Translations under genes and position numbers: made by a program
NCBI GenBank assembly: GCA_041485695.1
Contig: JBGPJZ010000002.1
Coordinates: 1,499 to 65,498 of the forward strand
Direction of reading: 5' to 3'
DNA from: Minisyncoccia bacterium
GTDB lineage: Bacteria > Patescibacteriota > Minisyncoccia > Phycocordibacterales > Phycocordibacteraceae
Length of the DNA: 64,000 bases
In this document: piece after piece, positions 16,113 to 26,111 of the stretch
Numbering within the stretch: the first letter of the stretch is position 1
Layout of the letters: each line of letters begins with the position of its first letter
Notes under the pieces: model-generated
The model's database searches: none
What the model was told of the DNA's origin: nothing
The model's input: the letters and a program-made list of their open reading frames with translations, nothing else

Positions 16113-18488
16113 ATGCGCGCTCGCACGCTCGTGTTCGCTGTTCTTCTCTTCACTGTAATGCCAGCGGTCGCTGAGGCCGCTCCGCATCTGTTCTGGGGTA
16201 ATCCGGAGTGGGACCCTAATACGGGAGCCTTAATCCAGGCGAGCGTAGCCAGCATTACCGACAACACAGATGCCGCCGTGCCCTTTAACGTAAGCAAGGG
16301 CGTATGGGTTGAGTATGCGCCGAACCATGCGGGAATCGGGCTTTTATATTTCGTGCCGCAAGGCGGTGGGCCGCGGGAGCTCGTCGCGACCATCGGCGGC
16401 ATTGCCGGCGTCTCCGAACTCGCCTGGACGCGAGGAGGCTCTTACGAACTCGACGTCTACAATCCCCTTGTCATCATCGAGGTGCGCTCGAATGCCGAGC
16501 GCTTCTTCACATGGCTCTTTGGGGAACATGCGTATGCCCAAAACATAGGCAAGTATGTCGGAACCATTCATTTCAACATTCACGAAAAATCCGCTGATGG
16601 AGCTCCGAGCGTCCTATTCATCCCCGGCATGAAAGGCAGCGTGCTCAAGGTCGGTAACGACACGGTTTGGCCGCCAGATATATGGAGCGACGACCTCCCA
16701 GAGTTGGCGCTAACCGCTGCGGGAGAAAGCGTGAACCCGGTCGTCGTCGACGGCCCGCTTGAGACATTCTACGGCACCCCGATTTACGGTGGGTTTAGCT
16801 CTTTCATGAATGAGCTTGTCGCAACCGGCACGGTTGCCGAGTGGGAGCCTCTCCCCTATGACTGGCGATTCTCCCCTGAACGAATCCTTGCTGACGGCAT
16901 CCAGACACCTACCGGCACGGTCGACCCGGTTCAAGAAGTCGAGATGCTCGCGGCGCACTCTAGCACCGGTAAGGTGGTCGTCGTTGCCCACTCAATGGGC
17001 GGATTGCTTGGCAAGGCACTTATCAAGAAACTTGATGAAAAAGGTGAAGCGAATTTGATTGATTCATTCATCATGGTAGGCGTACCACAGCTTGGCACGC
17101 CCCAAGCAATCGCCTCGCTCCTTCATGGGGACGGCGAGGGGATTTTGGCTGGATTTATCGTGAACCCGGCTATCGCGCGCCAAATCGCACAGAACTTTCA
17201 AAGCGCCTACGACTTGCTGCCCTCCCCTCGTTACTTTGATGAAGTTACCGATGCTCCTATCGTGTTCGATCCAATTGCCGCATTTACGCAGGCGTGGCGC
17301 GACTATTGGGGCCCGGCGATTGATAGCTACGCTGAATTCTTCTCGTTCGTAACCGGAGGCGGCGTAGCACGCATTAAGCCTGATTTCAGTGATTTGCATC
17401 GGCCCGAAATACTTCGTACCGACCTAACCGAAAACGCGAGAGACTTTCACGCTACATACGATACCTATGTATTCCCTCCTTCAATACGCGTAGTGCAAAT
17501 AGCAGGCTGGGGTATCCCGACAGTAAAAACCATTGACTACAAAATGGAGCACTTCGCGCAAAACTACGAACCGCTTTTCACGATCGAAGGTGACGATACT
17601 GTCGTATATCCGAGTGCGACTTCTTCTGTCGCTGATGAGACGTATTTCTTAAATCTTGAGAAATATAGAAAAGAGAAGGATAAAAGCGCACATCATCGAG
17701 ACTTGCTCAGCGCAACTCCAGTTCAAGATATTGTTAATGCAACGATAAAAAATGAAATCATTACAGAAACGAATTATCTAACGCAGTCAAAACCAAGCGC
17801 AAACAACCTTATTGATCAGCTTATTGTAAGCGCCCATTCACCCGTCATTCTTGGTGCCTATGACCAAGGCGGGCACTTCAGCGGTATCAACCAGAATCAA
17901 AACCTGGGAGCAGACGTCCTTTCTGTTACTGAAGACATCCCAGGGAGCACCTTCTTATCTTTTGCCGACAGCCAGTATCTATTCCTCCCCAAAACCGGCC
18001 CATACACGATGGGCTTTAAAGGATTGGGGGCTGGCCTCGCAACGGTAGCTATCGAAAATTTCGCAGGTGATACCGCGACCCCTATTGCTACGTATTCAGA
18101 CATCCTGATTACCGCGAGCACCAGCGCGACGTTTGTCGTGAATAGCTCCTCACCGCAAGATACCCATATACAGGTGGACTCTAACAACGACGGCCAGGTT
18201 GACATGTATGTCGCTCCTGATAACCAGCCGCTCACTTTCAACGAACTTTTGGTAAATTTGAAGACCGTAATCCGAAATCTCGCCGTTAAAGACAAATTGA
18301 AAACTAACCTCCTCAAGAAAGTCGCAAATATGGAGAAAAAGATCGCAAAACAAAAGAACAAAAAGGCTTCAAAAACGGTTATGAACCTAGAGAAACAAAT
18401 AACGAGGAAGGCAAATAAAGATAAAATATCTGACACTGAAGCACAAGATATTCTGAATTTGCTGAGTCAGATAGAAAACGCGCTATAA
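16113..18488 (+). CDS. Large secreted alpha/beta hydrolase (LCAT/PGAP1-like lipase/acyltransferase)
   Basis: Signal peptide; LFIPGMKGS, PYDWR, AHSMGG, GVPQLGTP, GDDTV; Lys-rich helical C-terminus. Confidence 0.82.
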   Translation: MRARTLVFAVLLFTVMPAVAEAAPHLFWGNPEWDPNTGALIQASVASITDNTDAAVPFNVSKGVWVEYAPNHAGIGLLYFVPQGGGPRELVATIGGIAGVSELAWTRGGSYELDVYNPLVIIEVRSNAERFFTWLFGEHAYAQNIGKYVGTIHFNIHEKSADGAPSVLFIPGMKGSVLKVGNDTVWPPDIWSDDLPELALTAAGESVNPVVVDGPLETFYGTPIYGGFSSFMNELVATGTVAEWEPLPYDWRFSPERILADGIQTPTGTVDPVQEVEMLAAHSSTGKVVVVAHSMGGLLGKALIKKLDEKGEANLIDSFIMVGVPQLGTPQAIASLLHGDGEGILAGFIVNPAIARQIAQNFQSAYDLLPSPRYFDEVTDAPIVFDPIAAFTQAWRDYWGPAIDSYAEFFSFVTGGGVARIKPDFSDLHRPEILRTDLTENARDFHATYDTYVFPPSIRVVQIAGWGIPTVKTIDYKMEHFAQNYEPLFTIEGDDTVVYPSATSSVADETYFLNLEKYRKEKDKSAHHRDLLSATPVQDIVNATIKNEIITETNYLTQSKPSANNLIDQLIVSAHSPVILGAYDQGGHFSGINQNQNLGADVLSVTEDIPGSTFLSFADSQYLFLPKTGPYTMGFKGLGAGLATVAIENFAGDTATPIATYSDILITASTSATFVVNSSSPQDTHIQVDSNNDGQVDMYVAPDNQPLTFNELLVNLKTVIRNLAVKDKLKTNLLKKVANMEKKIAKQKNKKASKTVMNLEKQITRKANKDKISDTEAQDILNLLSQIENAL

Positions 18489-18498
18489 TTTCTACAGC

Positions 18499-18900
18499 AT
18501 GAAAAACAAACTTATCTTGGTTTTCTTTATCTTCTCTCTCATTGGTTTCGCAGTTGGATACTATTTGCTTAAAATCTACGACTGCGAATATAGCGTATTT
18601 TGCTACAATCTTGCAACAAGGGCCTTCGCTCTCTACTACGGAATGCCTGCTCTTGCTCTAGTCTTTTCCATGCTGCTCTTCATCCCACGTGCGCTTGATG
18701 CATGGAAGAAGTTTGCAATATGGTTTGTACCGCTTGCGGCTTTACTCTTTATTTTCTATCCAGAACCCGGCTCTGGTGACTTATTCTCGCCTTATCCCGA
18801 GCAAATCTTTCAATGGGTCAGTGCTCTATATGTCGTGGTAAGCGTCGTCATTATTGCGATTGTATCGTTACGTACATCAGAGCCGTTAACTAATCGGTAA
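18499..18900 (+). CDS. Small 4-TM membrane protein
   Basis: Hydrophobic helices; starts 10 nt after the lipase stop. Confidence 0.7.
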   Translation: MKNKLILVFFIFSLIGFAVGYYLLKIYDCEYSVFCYNLATRAFALYYGMPALALVFSMLLFIPRALDAWKKFAIWFVPLAALLFIFYPEPGSGDLFSPYPEQIFQWVSALYVVVSVVIIAIVSLRTSEPLTNR

Positions 18901-20481
18901 CTCAACGATGAAGCGAGAGCCTTTGCCAGGGCCGTCGCTTTCGGCCCAGATTGTGCCCCCATGCCCTTCAACGAGCTGTTTCGCGACGTAGAGCCCCAAG
19001 CCCGTACCGGTAGTGTTCACTTTGTTCGCGCCCCTGGCGCGCGTGAACTTCTCAAAGAGGCCACCTATCTCCTCCTTCGGGATGCCTATGCCGGTATCTA
19101 AAATAGTGACGCGCGCCTTACCGTTTTCGCCTTTTACGGCAACCGTCACGCGCCCCTTTTCGGTGTATTTGATGGCGTTATCGACGAGGTTTGAAATGAC
19201 TTGTTTTATCTTGCCTACGTCTGCAGTCACCTTGAGCGCATCGGATGTTTCAAGCGTGAGGGCAAGGCCGCGCCGCTCGGCCACAGGATGCAATTCTTCA
19301 ACCGTTTTTTTAGTCACATCGGCAAGGTCGAAACTGCTCTTTTCATACTTCATCCGCCCCTGTTCGATGCGCGAGATATTCAAATAATCCTCAATCGAGT
19401 TGGCCATGTTGCGTGCCGAGTCGTTAATGCGCGACAAGGGCTCACGCATCTTTTCTGACGTTTCGCCATAATCCCCCTGCAAGATAAGCGAGGCGTAGCC
19501 TCGTATCGCCGTAATCGGCGCTCGCAGTTGGTGTGAGGCAATCGACAAAAACTCACTTTTCGCCTGATCAAGCTCCTTTAATTTCTCGTTCGCAATCTCG
19601 AGATTGAAAGTATCTTGGACAATCTTGATGCTCCCCAAAAGGATGATGATGAAGGCGGCGATATTAATAGCTACCGCACTGACGTTTGTCGAGTATACGA
19701 TATTCACAAAACTGAACACGGTCACCATAAAACCTAGGAACGCCGTGGCTGCGACTTTCAAGTTAAATAAATGGTGGCGATAAATCGCATATGAAATAAG
19801 TGCAACGAACGGGAGAATAAATAGTGCGGCAAGAGGAATGAAGCTCACATTGGCAAATACATTTGGCAAAATCACGTTGAAATTAAGAATGAGAATGGCC
19901 ATGACCGTCATTCCTATGGATACAGCCGTAATCTGCCTGCGTTCAGATAACTCCATTGTCTCGCTTCTCTTTTTAAACAAGAAAACGATGCTCGCAATCA
20001 ATAGCCCAAAGGCAAGAAGCATGAAAAGGAGGACCCCAGGAGCAGGATCCGCCCGTGTTACCTGGCCAATGGGAGCAAGCGACGCGATACCTGAAAAGAC
20101 GAATGGTGTGAGCGTTAGGATAGCGACAGCCCCCACCGCGGGAACGAGAACCCACTTATACCAATGTGGGAACACTACTTTTTCTTTAGGAAATACGTAG
20201 GCGAACTGGAAAAAGATGAAGGCATATAAAGTCGAGAAAAAGAGATGGAACCTGAGCGCCCACAAAATGCCATTGACAGTAGTAAACCTGTATTCAAGAT
20301 AGTTGGAGATGCTCCAAATAACGGTAATGACTGCGAAAGCAAAAAAAGTCTGGTTGGTTATGCTGGTGCGATTATTAAAAAGGATAACCGCGCCAAGTAG
20401 CGTTATGCCAGCGATAGCTACACCGACGCTCAAAAGATCAAGATTTATCTGAACGAGCTGACTAACGCCAGAGATGCCCAT
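18886..20481 (-). CDS. Sensor histidine kinase with multi-TM (7TM-type) N-terminal sensor
   Basis: SEFLSIASHQLRAP H-box, NLVDNAIKY, DTGIG, GTGLGL. Confidence 0.93.
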   Translation of the reverse strand: MGISGVSQLVQINLDLLSVGVAIAGITLLGAVILFNNRTSITNQTFFAFAVITVIWSISNYLEYRFTTVNGILWALRFHLFFSTLYAFIFFQFAYVFPKEKVVFPHWYKWVLVPAVGAVAILTLTPFVFSGIASLAPIGQVTRADPAPGVLLFMLLAFGLLIASIVFLFKKRSETMELSERRQITAVSIGMTVMAILILNFNVILPNVFANVSFIPLAALFILPFVALISYAIYRHHLFNLKVAATAFLGFMVTVFSFVNIVYSTNVSAVAINIAAFIIILLGSIKIVQDTFNLEIANEKLKELDQAKSEFLSIASHQLRAPITAIRGYASLILQGDYGETSEKMREPLSRINDSARNMANSIEDYLNISRIEQGRMKYEKSSFDLADVTKKTVEELHPVAERRGLALTLETSDALKVTADVGKIKQVISNLVDNAIKYTEKGRVTVAVKGENGKARVTILDTGIGIPKEEIGGLFEKFTRARGANKVNTTGTGLGLYVAKQLVEGHGGTIWAESDGPGKGSRFIVELPIS

Positions 20482-20483
20482 GG

Positions 20484-21416
20484 TTATTTATAATACTTCA
20501 AAAGATAGAACCCTGTCGTCCCATAAAAACTAATAACTCCACGACCCTTAGTATACTGGACGACATCTTTCTTACCGCGAAAGCGCAGATTTGAAAATAC
20601 CTCTCCATTGAGAAAATGGGGGTAGTTCCATCCAACAATGGCTTGAGGAAGCATAACTGGCCAGCTTTTATAGCCATCCAGTTCAATGTGCTGTTTAGCT
20701 ATCGTTTCGCAAGCTTGATCAAGTTTCTCTTGCTCCGGCAAATTAAGATGGTGACGAAAGAGAGAGTGGTAAACGAGGTCGAAATGCTTTGGTGGGAACT
20801 TGTTTGCGAGTTCAAATATATCGTTCGTGCACATGACGACAAGAATCTTCTTTTGTGATTTCTCTCGCATTCGTTTTAAATCTTCCGCGGTAATTTCACC
20901 GACCTCCACAATCTCTGCCTTTTCGGCGAATTCTTTCAAATTCTTATCCGCAATTTTGCGCGTTATCGAGGATTTATCTACGGCAACGATAGTCAGCGCG
21001 TGAGGATGATTTGTTTTGAGGGCCCATTCGATGACTTGCCTATCCACCTCCATGCCTCCTGCGCCGAGATCAGCAATTATAAGGTCTCGATTTTCGCTCT
21101 GAATGTATTCAGTAATTGCATTAACTAGTGGGGTTATGAGACCCGGATTTTTGCGTCTCTGCATCTCAATAAGCCGACTATGCATTTCTACATCCCATTC
21201 TTCGACCGGAAAGTCGGTGAGCTCAAGAAGTCGAGAGCCGTCGAGCTTTGGTGCTACGAAAAAGAGCCACCAGATATAGCCCGGCAAAGACCGCGCCGCG
21301 TTCAAAAAAACAATATTCGCATCTATCGCGTACTGCTGGTTCGCATAGACAGGGTCCTTTCTAAAAGACTCAAGTTTCTGAAGCGCCTGCTGTATCTGTC
21401 CAGTTCTGGCCGACAT
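20484..21416 (-). CDS. Class I SAM-dependent methyltransferase-like protein
   Basis: IADLGAGG motif I, AVD motif II, FDLVYHSLFRHHL. Confidence 0.65.
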   Translation of the reverse strand: MSARTGQIQQALQKLESFRKDPVYANQQYAIDANIVFLNAARSLPGYIWWLFFVAPKLDGSRLLELTDFPVEEWDVEMHSRLIEMQRRKNPGLITPLVNAITEYIQSENRDLIIADLGAGGMEVDRQVIEWALKTNHPHALTIVAVDKSSITRKIADKNLKEFAEKAEIVEVGEITAEDLKRMREKSQKKILVVMCTNDIFELANKFPPKHFDLVYHSLFRHHLNLPEQEKLDQACETIAKQHIELDGYKSWPVMLPQAIVGWNYPHFLNGEVFSNLRFRGKKDVVQYTKGRGVISFYGTTGFYLLKYYK

Positions 21417-21631
21417 TTAGTAATTGTACCTCGAAGACAACTCTTGAAGAAGAGCGCCGTACAAAAAACCACTCCGGCCGTACCAAAAAAGCAGGTGTCA
21501 AGCCGAGTTATCCCCAGTGGGAGTTTACTTCCCTCTTACAATTGCCGGGAGTTTCTTCTACTCGATAGTAAGTTGACACCATAGATAGAGTAATGCTAGA
21601 GTTGAACTGGGCCTTAAGGAGGTGGCCTAAA

Positions 21632-21874
21632 ATGCGAGCGAAAAAGTTTAGTTTCTCAGTGCGTAACGAAGACTTCAAGTTCCCAGAATGTTCGAATCCC
21701 CTCTGCCTGGGTGGTTGCGTGCTGATCGCGATCAAACCAGAGGGTGTCGCTCTCCGTGACTCGAAGGACACGAAGGGACGAGAGACCACCATGTTCTTCA
21801 CGAATCTCGAGTGGGACCACTTTCTCAAGGGCGTCAGGAATGGCGAGTTCGAAATCGCCGGCACCGTCGACTAG
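21632..21874 (+). CDS. DUF397 domain protein
   Basis: GGCVLIA..GVALRDSKD...FTNLEWDHFLKGVRNGEF; AGGAGG SD upstream of ATG 21632. Confidence 0.85.
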   Translation: MRAKKFSFSVRNEDFKFPECSNPLCLGGCVLIAIKPEGVALRDSKDTKGRETTMFFTNLEWDHFLKGVRNGEFEIAGTVD

Positions 21875-21919
21875 AAGTGATCCCACATGACGACATTCAT
21901 CGTCATGCTGTAGACTTAG

Positions 21920-21953
21920 GTGAGGGCGGACAGCAAATCCGCCCTCACTTTTT
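21920..21953 (+). terminator. Rho-independent terminator
   Basis: GTGAGGGCGGA-loop-TCCGCCCTCAC followed by TTTTT. Confidence 0.8.
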
Positions 21954-21956
21954 ATA

Positions 21957-22403
21957 ATGACAAAACCACTATTTATTCATGGGTTAGGCGAACAAGCGAG
22001 CAACTACCGAGCTCTCTCGCGTTCTTTTGATCTATACAATATCGACTGGAATCGACCGCTCACGAATCAAGTTGCAAAAATCCCTAAAAAATATGACACC
22101 ATTATTGGTTTTAGTTGGGGTGCAGTTGCCGCCTGTTTTTACGCGGGACAATTCCCAGTGAAATTCCTTATCTTGTGTTCTATGCCCTCAGGGGCGGACG
22201 CTGCTTACATGGCAAATTTGAAAGCTGAAAAAGTGATTTTTCTGTTTGGCCAGAAAGAGAAGTGGCCAGCGAAGGACAACCGCCGGATTACGAAGCAAAT
22301 GAAAAAGCAGTTCACTCGTCAGATTATTGTGGCGAACGAAGGGCATAGAATAACTAAGCCTTACCTTAAAACTATTTTAGAAACCATTAAGGATGTAGCT
22401 TGA
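21957..22403 (+). CDS. Small alpha/beta hydrolase
   Basis: FIHGLG, GFSWG, NEGH motifs. Confidence 0.7.
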   Translation: MTKPLFIHGLGEQASNYRALSRSFDLYNIDWNRPLTNQVAKIPKKYDTIIGFSWGAVAACFYAGQFPVKFLILCSMPSGADAAYMANLKAEKVIFLFGQKEKWPAKDNRRITKQMKKQFTRQIIVANEGHRITKPYLKTILETIKDVA

Positions 22404-22427
22404 TTCTAGCTAATCGACGCAAGTATT

Positions 22428-23810
22428 ATGAATCACGAAAGACCTACAACACCATCGCTACCCGCAGAGAAAGAAAGAGATACTATCATTGAAGAAGCGG
22501 GTGCCGCCGAGAGTAGAGTAAGCAGTGCTGCCGAACAGCAAGTCGAAAAATCGAGCGCGCAGCATTCTGAACACAACGATTATGGTCTTTTAGATCACGC
22601 GAAATATCGTGATCGAATGTTGCCTGAACTTATTGAGAATAAAGAGCTAGATCTGAACGGGAATGATTTAGAGATAGTCAGGGAGTACCTTACCAAGCAA
22701 GATCCCGCCTTTGTAGCCGATTTGAGATTAATGATAGGAGGTCAGAAAGCTATGAGTATGGGGGTTGAAACAGTCATTACAATTCCCTCTTATCAAGAAG
22801 GGAGAAATTTGGAAAAGACTCTGCGGAATTATGCAAAATTGAACAATAGAAATGGTTTTGAGATCGTAATTTTGGAGAATCATCCAGAAGGCGTTAAGCG
22901 AGATAATTCTGCTGATATTATCGACAGCGTTAGGAAAGAATTTCCGGATCTTAATATCGTTCATCTCTACAAAGTTTTCAAAGAGAAACCGGCCATTGGC
23001 GGAGTTCGTAAATATCTGGTTGACGCCGTGCTATTAAGAAAATCAGAAAGTAATATAGAGAAGTCGATTGTTATTGTAAGCAACGACGCAGATCTAGAAG
23101 ACATCAGCGAGGATTACGCAAATCAATTGAGCGCGGCGTTCCAGAAAAATAAGAATGTGGATGCAATTGAAGGAAAGCGGGATTACCCAGCCGAGACCTA
23201 TAGAAAGTACCCACTACTGCATGCGAGCCAACGCCTATGGAATTATCTTGATATTGCATTCAAAAAATACCATTTAAAGACAGAAGAATTGACCGGAACC
23301 AACAGTGCATTTCGCTCCGGTATCTATGCGGCGATTGGCGGATACAACGAGAAAGCGCAGCTCGCCGAAGACTGGGAACTCGGTCAATTAATCAAGGAGG
23401 CGCGAGGGGGTGACTCCGAGCGCATCAAGCATCTTAACTCAACATGGCTTATTTCGAATCCGCGACGGGCTGTTGTGACCATGCTTTCTGGTCGTAACTT
23501 GATTCAGCAACACGAGGATTTCCATGTAAATGAGGAGGTGCGCAAAACCTCAGTAGAAGACTTGTTACGAGAAAAGCGAGATCTAGATGAGAAGGAATTT
23601 ACTAATGAGGTTCAGGCCACGTATGAGCATTGTGCAAGATGGAAGAAATCAAAAGGAGGATCGGCTGACGATGAATACATCAACAAGTCTTTTGACCGTG
23701 CAATGCGATTCCTGGGCGTAAATTATGAGATTGTGAATGATAAAGTCATAATTTCGGATATAGCGCGTCTTAGAGAAGGGTTAAGGAAATATGAATTAAA
23801 GAATTCTTAG
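22428..23810 (+). CDS. Glycosyltransferase family 2 protein
   Basis: ITIPSYQE, NDAD (DxD), GTNSAFR..IGGY..AED, SNPRR; AT-rich. Confidence 0.82.
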   Translation: MNHERPTTPSLPAEKERDTIIEEAGAAESRVSSAAEQQVEKSSAQHSEHNDYGLLDHAKYRDRMLPELIENKELDLNGNDLEIVREYLTKQDPAFVADLRLMIGGQKAMSMGVETVITIPSYQEGRNLEKTLRNYAKLNNRNGFEIVILENHPEGVKRDNSADIIDSVRKEFPDLNIVHLYKVFKEKPAIGGVRKYLVDAVLLRKSESNIEKSIVIVSNDADLEDISEDYANQLSAAFQKNKNVDAIEGKRDYPAETYRKYPLLHASQRLWNYLDIAFKKYHLKTEELTGTNSAFRSGIYAAIGGYNEKAQLAEDWELGQLIKEARGGDSERIKHLNSTWLISNPRRAVVTMLSGRNLIQQHEDFHVNEEVRKTSVEDLLREKRDLDEKEFTNEVQATYEHCARWKKSKGGSADDEYINKSFDRAMRFLGVNYEIVNDKVIISDIARLREGLRKYELKNS

Positions 23811-23822
23811 GGGTAAAAGGTG

Positions 23823-24902
23823 TTAGGAATCTTTCTTGGGTCTAATCGTCACAGTGTCCACAAGCGGGAAGCGGACGGCCTGTGCTGAAGGCGGCTCGCC
23901 CTTGCCGACACGAAACATGAATGCGAGGTGACGATCTCCCGCTTTGAAGATATCTACGGCTACTTGGTACGCACTTAGAATCGTGTCTTTTTCTTTTGTT
24001 GAAAAGTCGCTACCCTCCCCTCCTTTAATTTTGAGCTTGAAAAAGAGTACACCCGTCATCGGTTGAAATGAGAGGCCAAGCGAGGTCGCGATGAGCCAGA
24101 GCCGCTCTACTGCGCGGCCTACTTTTACAAAATCGATTGGCTCTGTCCCGCTAACCGTGAGGCCGCCGATAGCACTCGCGGCCGCATTCGTCACCCCGTT
24201 TTGAATAGCCACGACTCGATTGAAACCGAGGACTAAGAACAGGCGCATGATGCCCCACTTCTTAAAAAGCCTAAACATTATCTGTGCGGGTGGCGGTAAC
24301 TCGAGCGTCTTGATATAAAAACCGATTTTCTTTTTGTCATCCTCTTCTTTTGTCCAATTTATATGACTAAAGAAAAAGCTGTGGAGCGACTGGTTCGCAA
24401 GCATGACCTCTTCGTTCGTCGAACCGACGCGCCCCAGGCACCTAATATCTTCAGGAGCCTCTACGAGCGTCAAAGCACCTTGCCCGGCGGCCATAAGTGC
24501 CTGTCGCGCTTCGCTCGAAAGAGGCTCCTTACCGTACGGCTTACGATTTGAGACGCGCTTAAAAATAAAGAATGTAAGTGGGTCGGGCTTTACGGTCGAA
24601 TCTTTTGTAAGAGTGAGCGTCGCAACATGGTACTTGTCAGTTGAGTTGGGGAAGTATGCGACATCTACTCGATACCCCTTGCCGCTTGCGGCAATAATCA
24701 TATTTTCTATTGCGGCACCATTAGCGAGATAGGAGCCCCTTTGACCCCAACCGTAGGCAGATTGATCTCGCTCTGGTAGTACATGAACTTCGACAGTGTT
24801 GGCCAACACGACAAAATGCCAGGGCTGACAATTCTCCCCCGAGGGGGCCTGACTCCCCGCCACCAGAATGCGTTCAAGCTCCTGGGAGAGGCCAGAGATC
24901 AT
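23823..24902 (-). CDS. Nitroreductase-superfamily protein (Acg-like two-domain type)
   Basis: APSGENCQPW, RVSNRKPY, GRAVERLWL..T..GLSFQP, FRVG. Confidence 0.87.
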   Translation of the reverse strand: MISGLSQELERILVAGSQAPSGENCQPWHFVVLANTVEVHVLPERDQSAYGWGQRGSYLANGAAIENMIIAASGKGYRVDVAYFPNSTDKYHVATLTLTKDSTVKPDPLTFFIFKRVSNRKPYGKEPLSSEARQALMAAGQGALTLVEAPEDIRCLGRVGSTNEEVMLANQSLHSFFFSHINWTKEEDDKKKIGFYIKTLELPPPAQIMFRLFKKWGIMRLFLVLGFNRVVAIQNGVTNAAASAIGGLTVSGTEPIDFVKVGRAVERLWLIATSLGLSFQPMTGVLFFKLKIKGGEGSDFSTKEKDTILSAYQVAVDIFKAGDRHLAFMFRVGKGEPPSAQAVRFPLVDTVTIRPKKDS

Positions 24903-26083
24903 AGGCCGAATATTTTGGCAAAGTCTGCAGCAACTTGCTTGCGATGCGCTACTGATTCTGGACTGTTGTAGTCGGGAACGAGTTTCTCGTCCATAGATAT
25001 GAGTGCGCGATTGGCTTCAAGTGGCTGGCCATTCAAAATTTTGCGTGCACAATAGGCGACCGCCACACCGTTAATCATGGCGGCACCACCTAGTTGAGGC
25101 CACGACACTATGGTCTTGCCCATTTCTTTAAGTGAGTTTTGCATTCGCTCGGTAACGTTCTCTGGGGCCACGTGCTTCGTGATCATCTTGCCGATGCCAA
25201 ATTTATCTAAATTCTTTAACATGTCGTACGAAACTTCACCCATGCGTCCGTGGAAAAACGGCATGTCTGGCTCAAGGTCGTAACGCTCGATGTCGACTAC
25301 TGCATTGTCGCCATTATCTGCCGCCATAAGAACGGGGATGTGGTGCTTTTTTGCCTGTTCACGAATCAAATATTTCACCGCGAGATTGTCGAGCTCGTCG
25401 ATAACAATGTCGAGGTCGCTACAAAATGCCTCTATGTTTTCTGGATTTAACCCTTCTGAGTGTAGTTCGACTTCTGCGTATGGGTTGAGCTCATAAATCG
25501 TACGTGCTGCAATCTCAACCTTAAGTACGCCGAGCCGATCTGCGCCAGCGAGGATACGGTTCGTATTCGTAAGCGCCAGCCTGTCCATATCGGCGAGTTT
25601 CAAGCGCTTCCCTCCCCCCTGCAAAACAATTGCAAACGCTACTGAAGAGCCGACCGAGAGGCCACCGATACCTATAGTCGCGTTATAAAATTTCTCTTGC
25701 TCCCCTTTCGTAATCAGGTTCTCATTACGTGCCGTACGCACAAGCTGAAACTCCTCTTCAGGCAGGATATGCGTCGCTAAATACCGCCAGGGGAAGTAGG
25801 CCCAGCGACCGTCTTGCCAAAGCGGCTTCTGCGCAGAAAGGGTCTTGAAGTATGTCGCAAATTCCTCTTTAAACGTCGGGGTGTAGACGTGCGAAGGGTT
25901 GCGAATGCCAAAAAGCTCGAGCTGTTGCTCTTCGTAATCGTCTGATATCTGCTTGATTGCACCCGAGGCAATGAGCTCCTCAAAGCGGGTGCGGTCTGCC
26001 TCTAGAGATAGATCAAGGATGACTGGGACGGAGGCGGTGGAGGCCTCCTTTAGCTTGTTTAATTTCCCTTCAAGAGAGTCCAT
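24899..26083 (-). CDS. ThiF-family adenylyltransferase (Rv1355c/MoeY-like)
   Basis: WAYFPW, RTARN, GGLSVG, LADMDRLALTNTNR, DIERYDLEP, WPQL. Confidence 0.9.
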   Translation of the reverse strand: MDSLEGKLNKLKEASTASVPVILDLSLEADRTRFEELIASGAIKQISDDYEEQQLELFGIRNPSHVYTPTFKEEFATYFKTLSAQKPLWQDGRWAYFPWRYLATHILPEEEFQLVRTARNENLITKGEQEKFYNATIGIGGLSVGSSVAFAIVLQGGGKRLKLADMDRLALTNTNRILAGADRLGVLKVEIAARTIYELNPYAEVELHSEGLNPENIEAFCSDLDIVIDELDNLAVKYLIREQAKKHHIPVLMAADNGDNAVVDIERYDLEPDMPFFHGRMGEVSYDMLKNLDKFGIGKMITKHVAPENVTERMQNSLKEMGKTIVSWPQLGGAAMINGVAVAYCARKILNGQPLEANRALISMDEKLVPDYNSPESVAHRKQVAADFAKIFGL

Positions 26084-26111
26084 ACCCCCATATTACCACC
26101 ACCCCCTGTAG

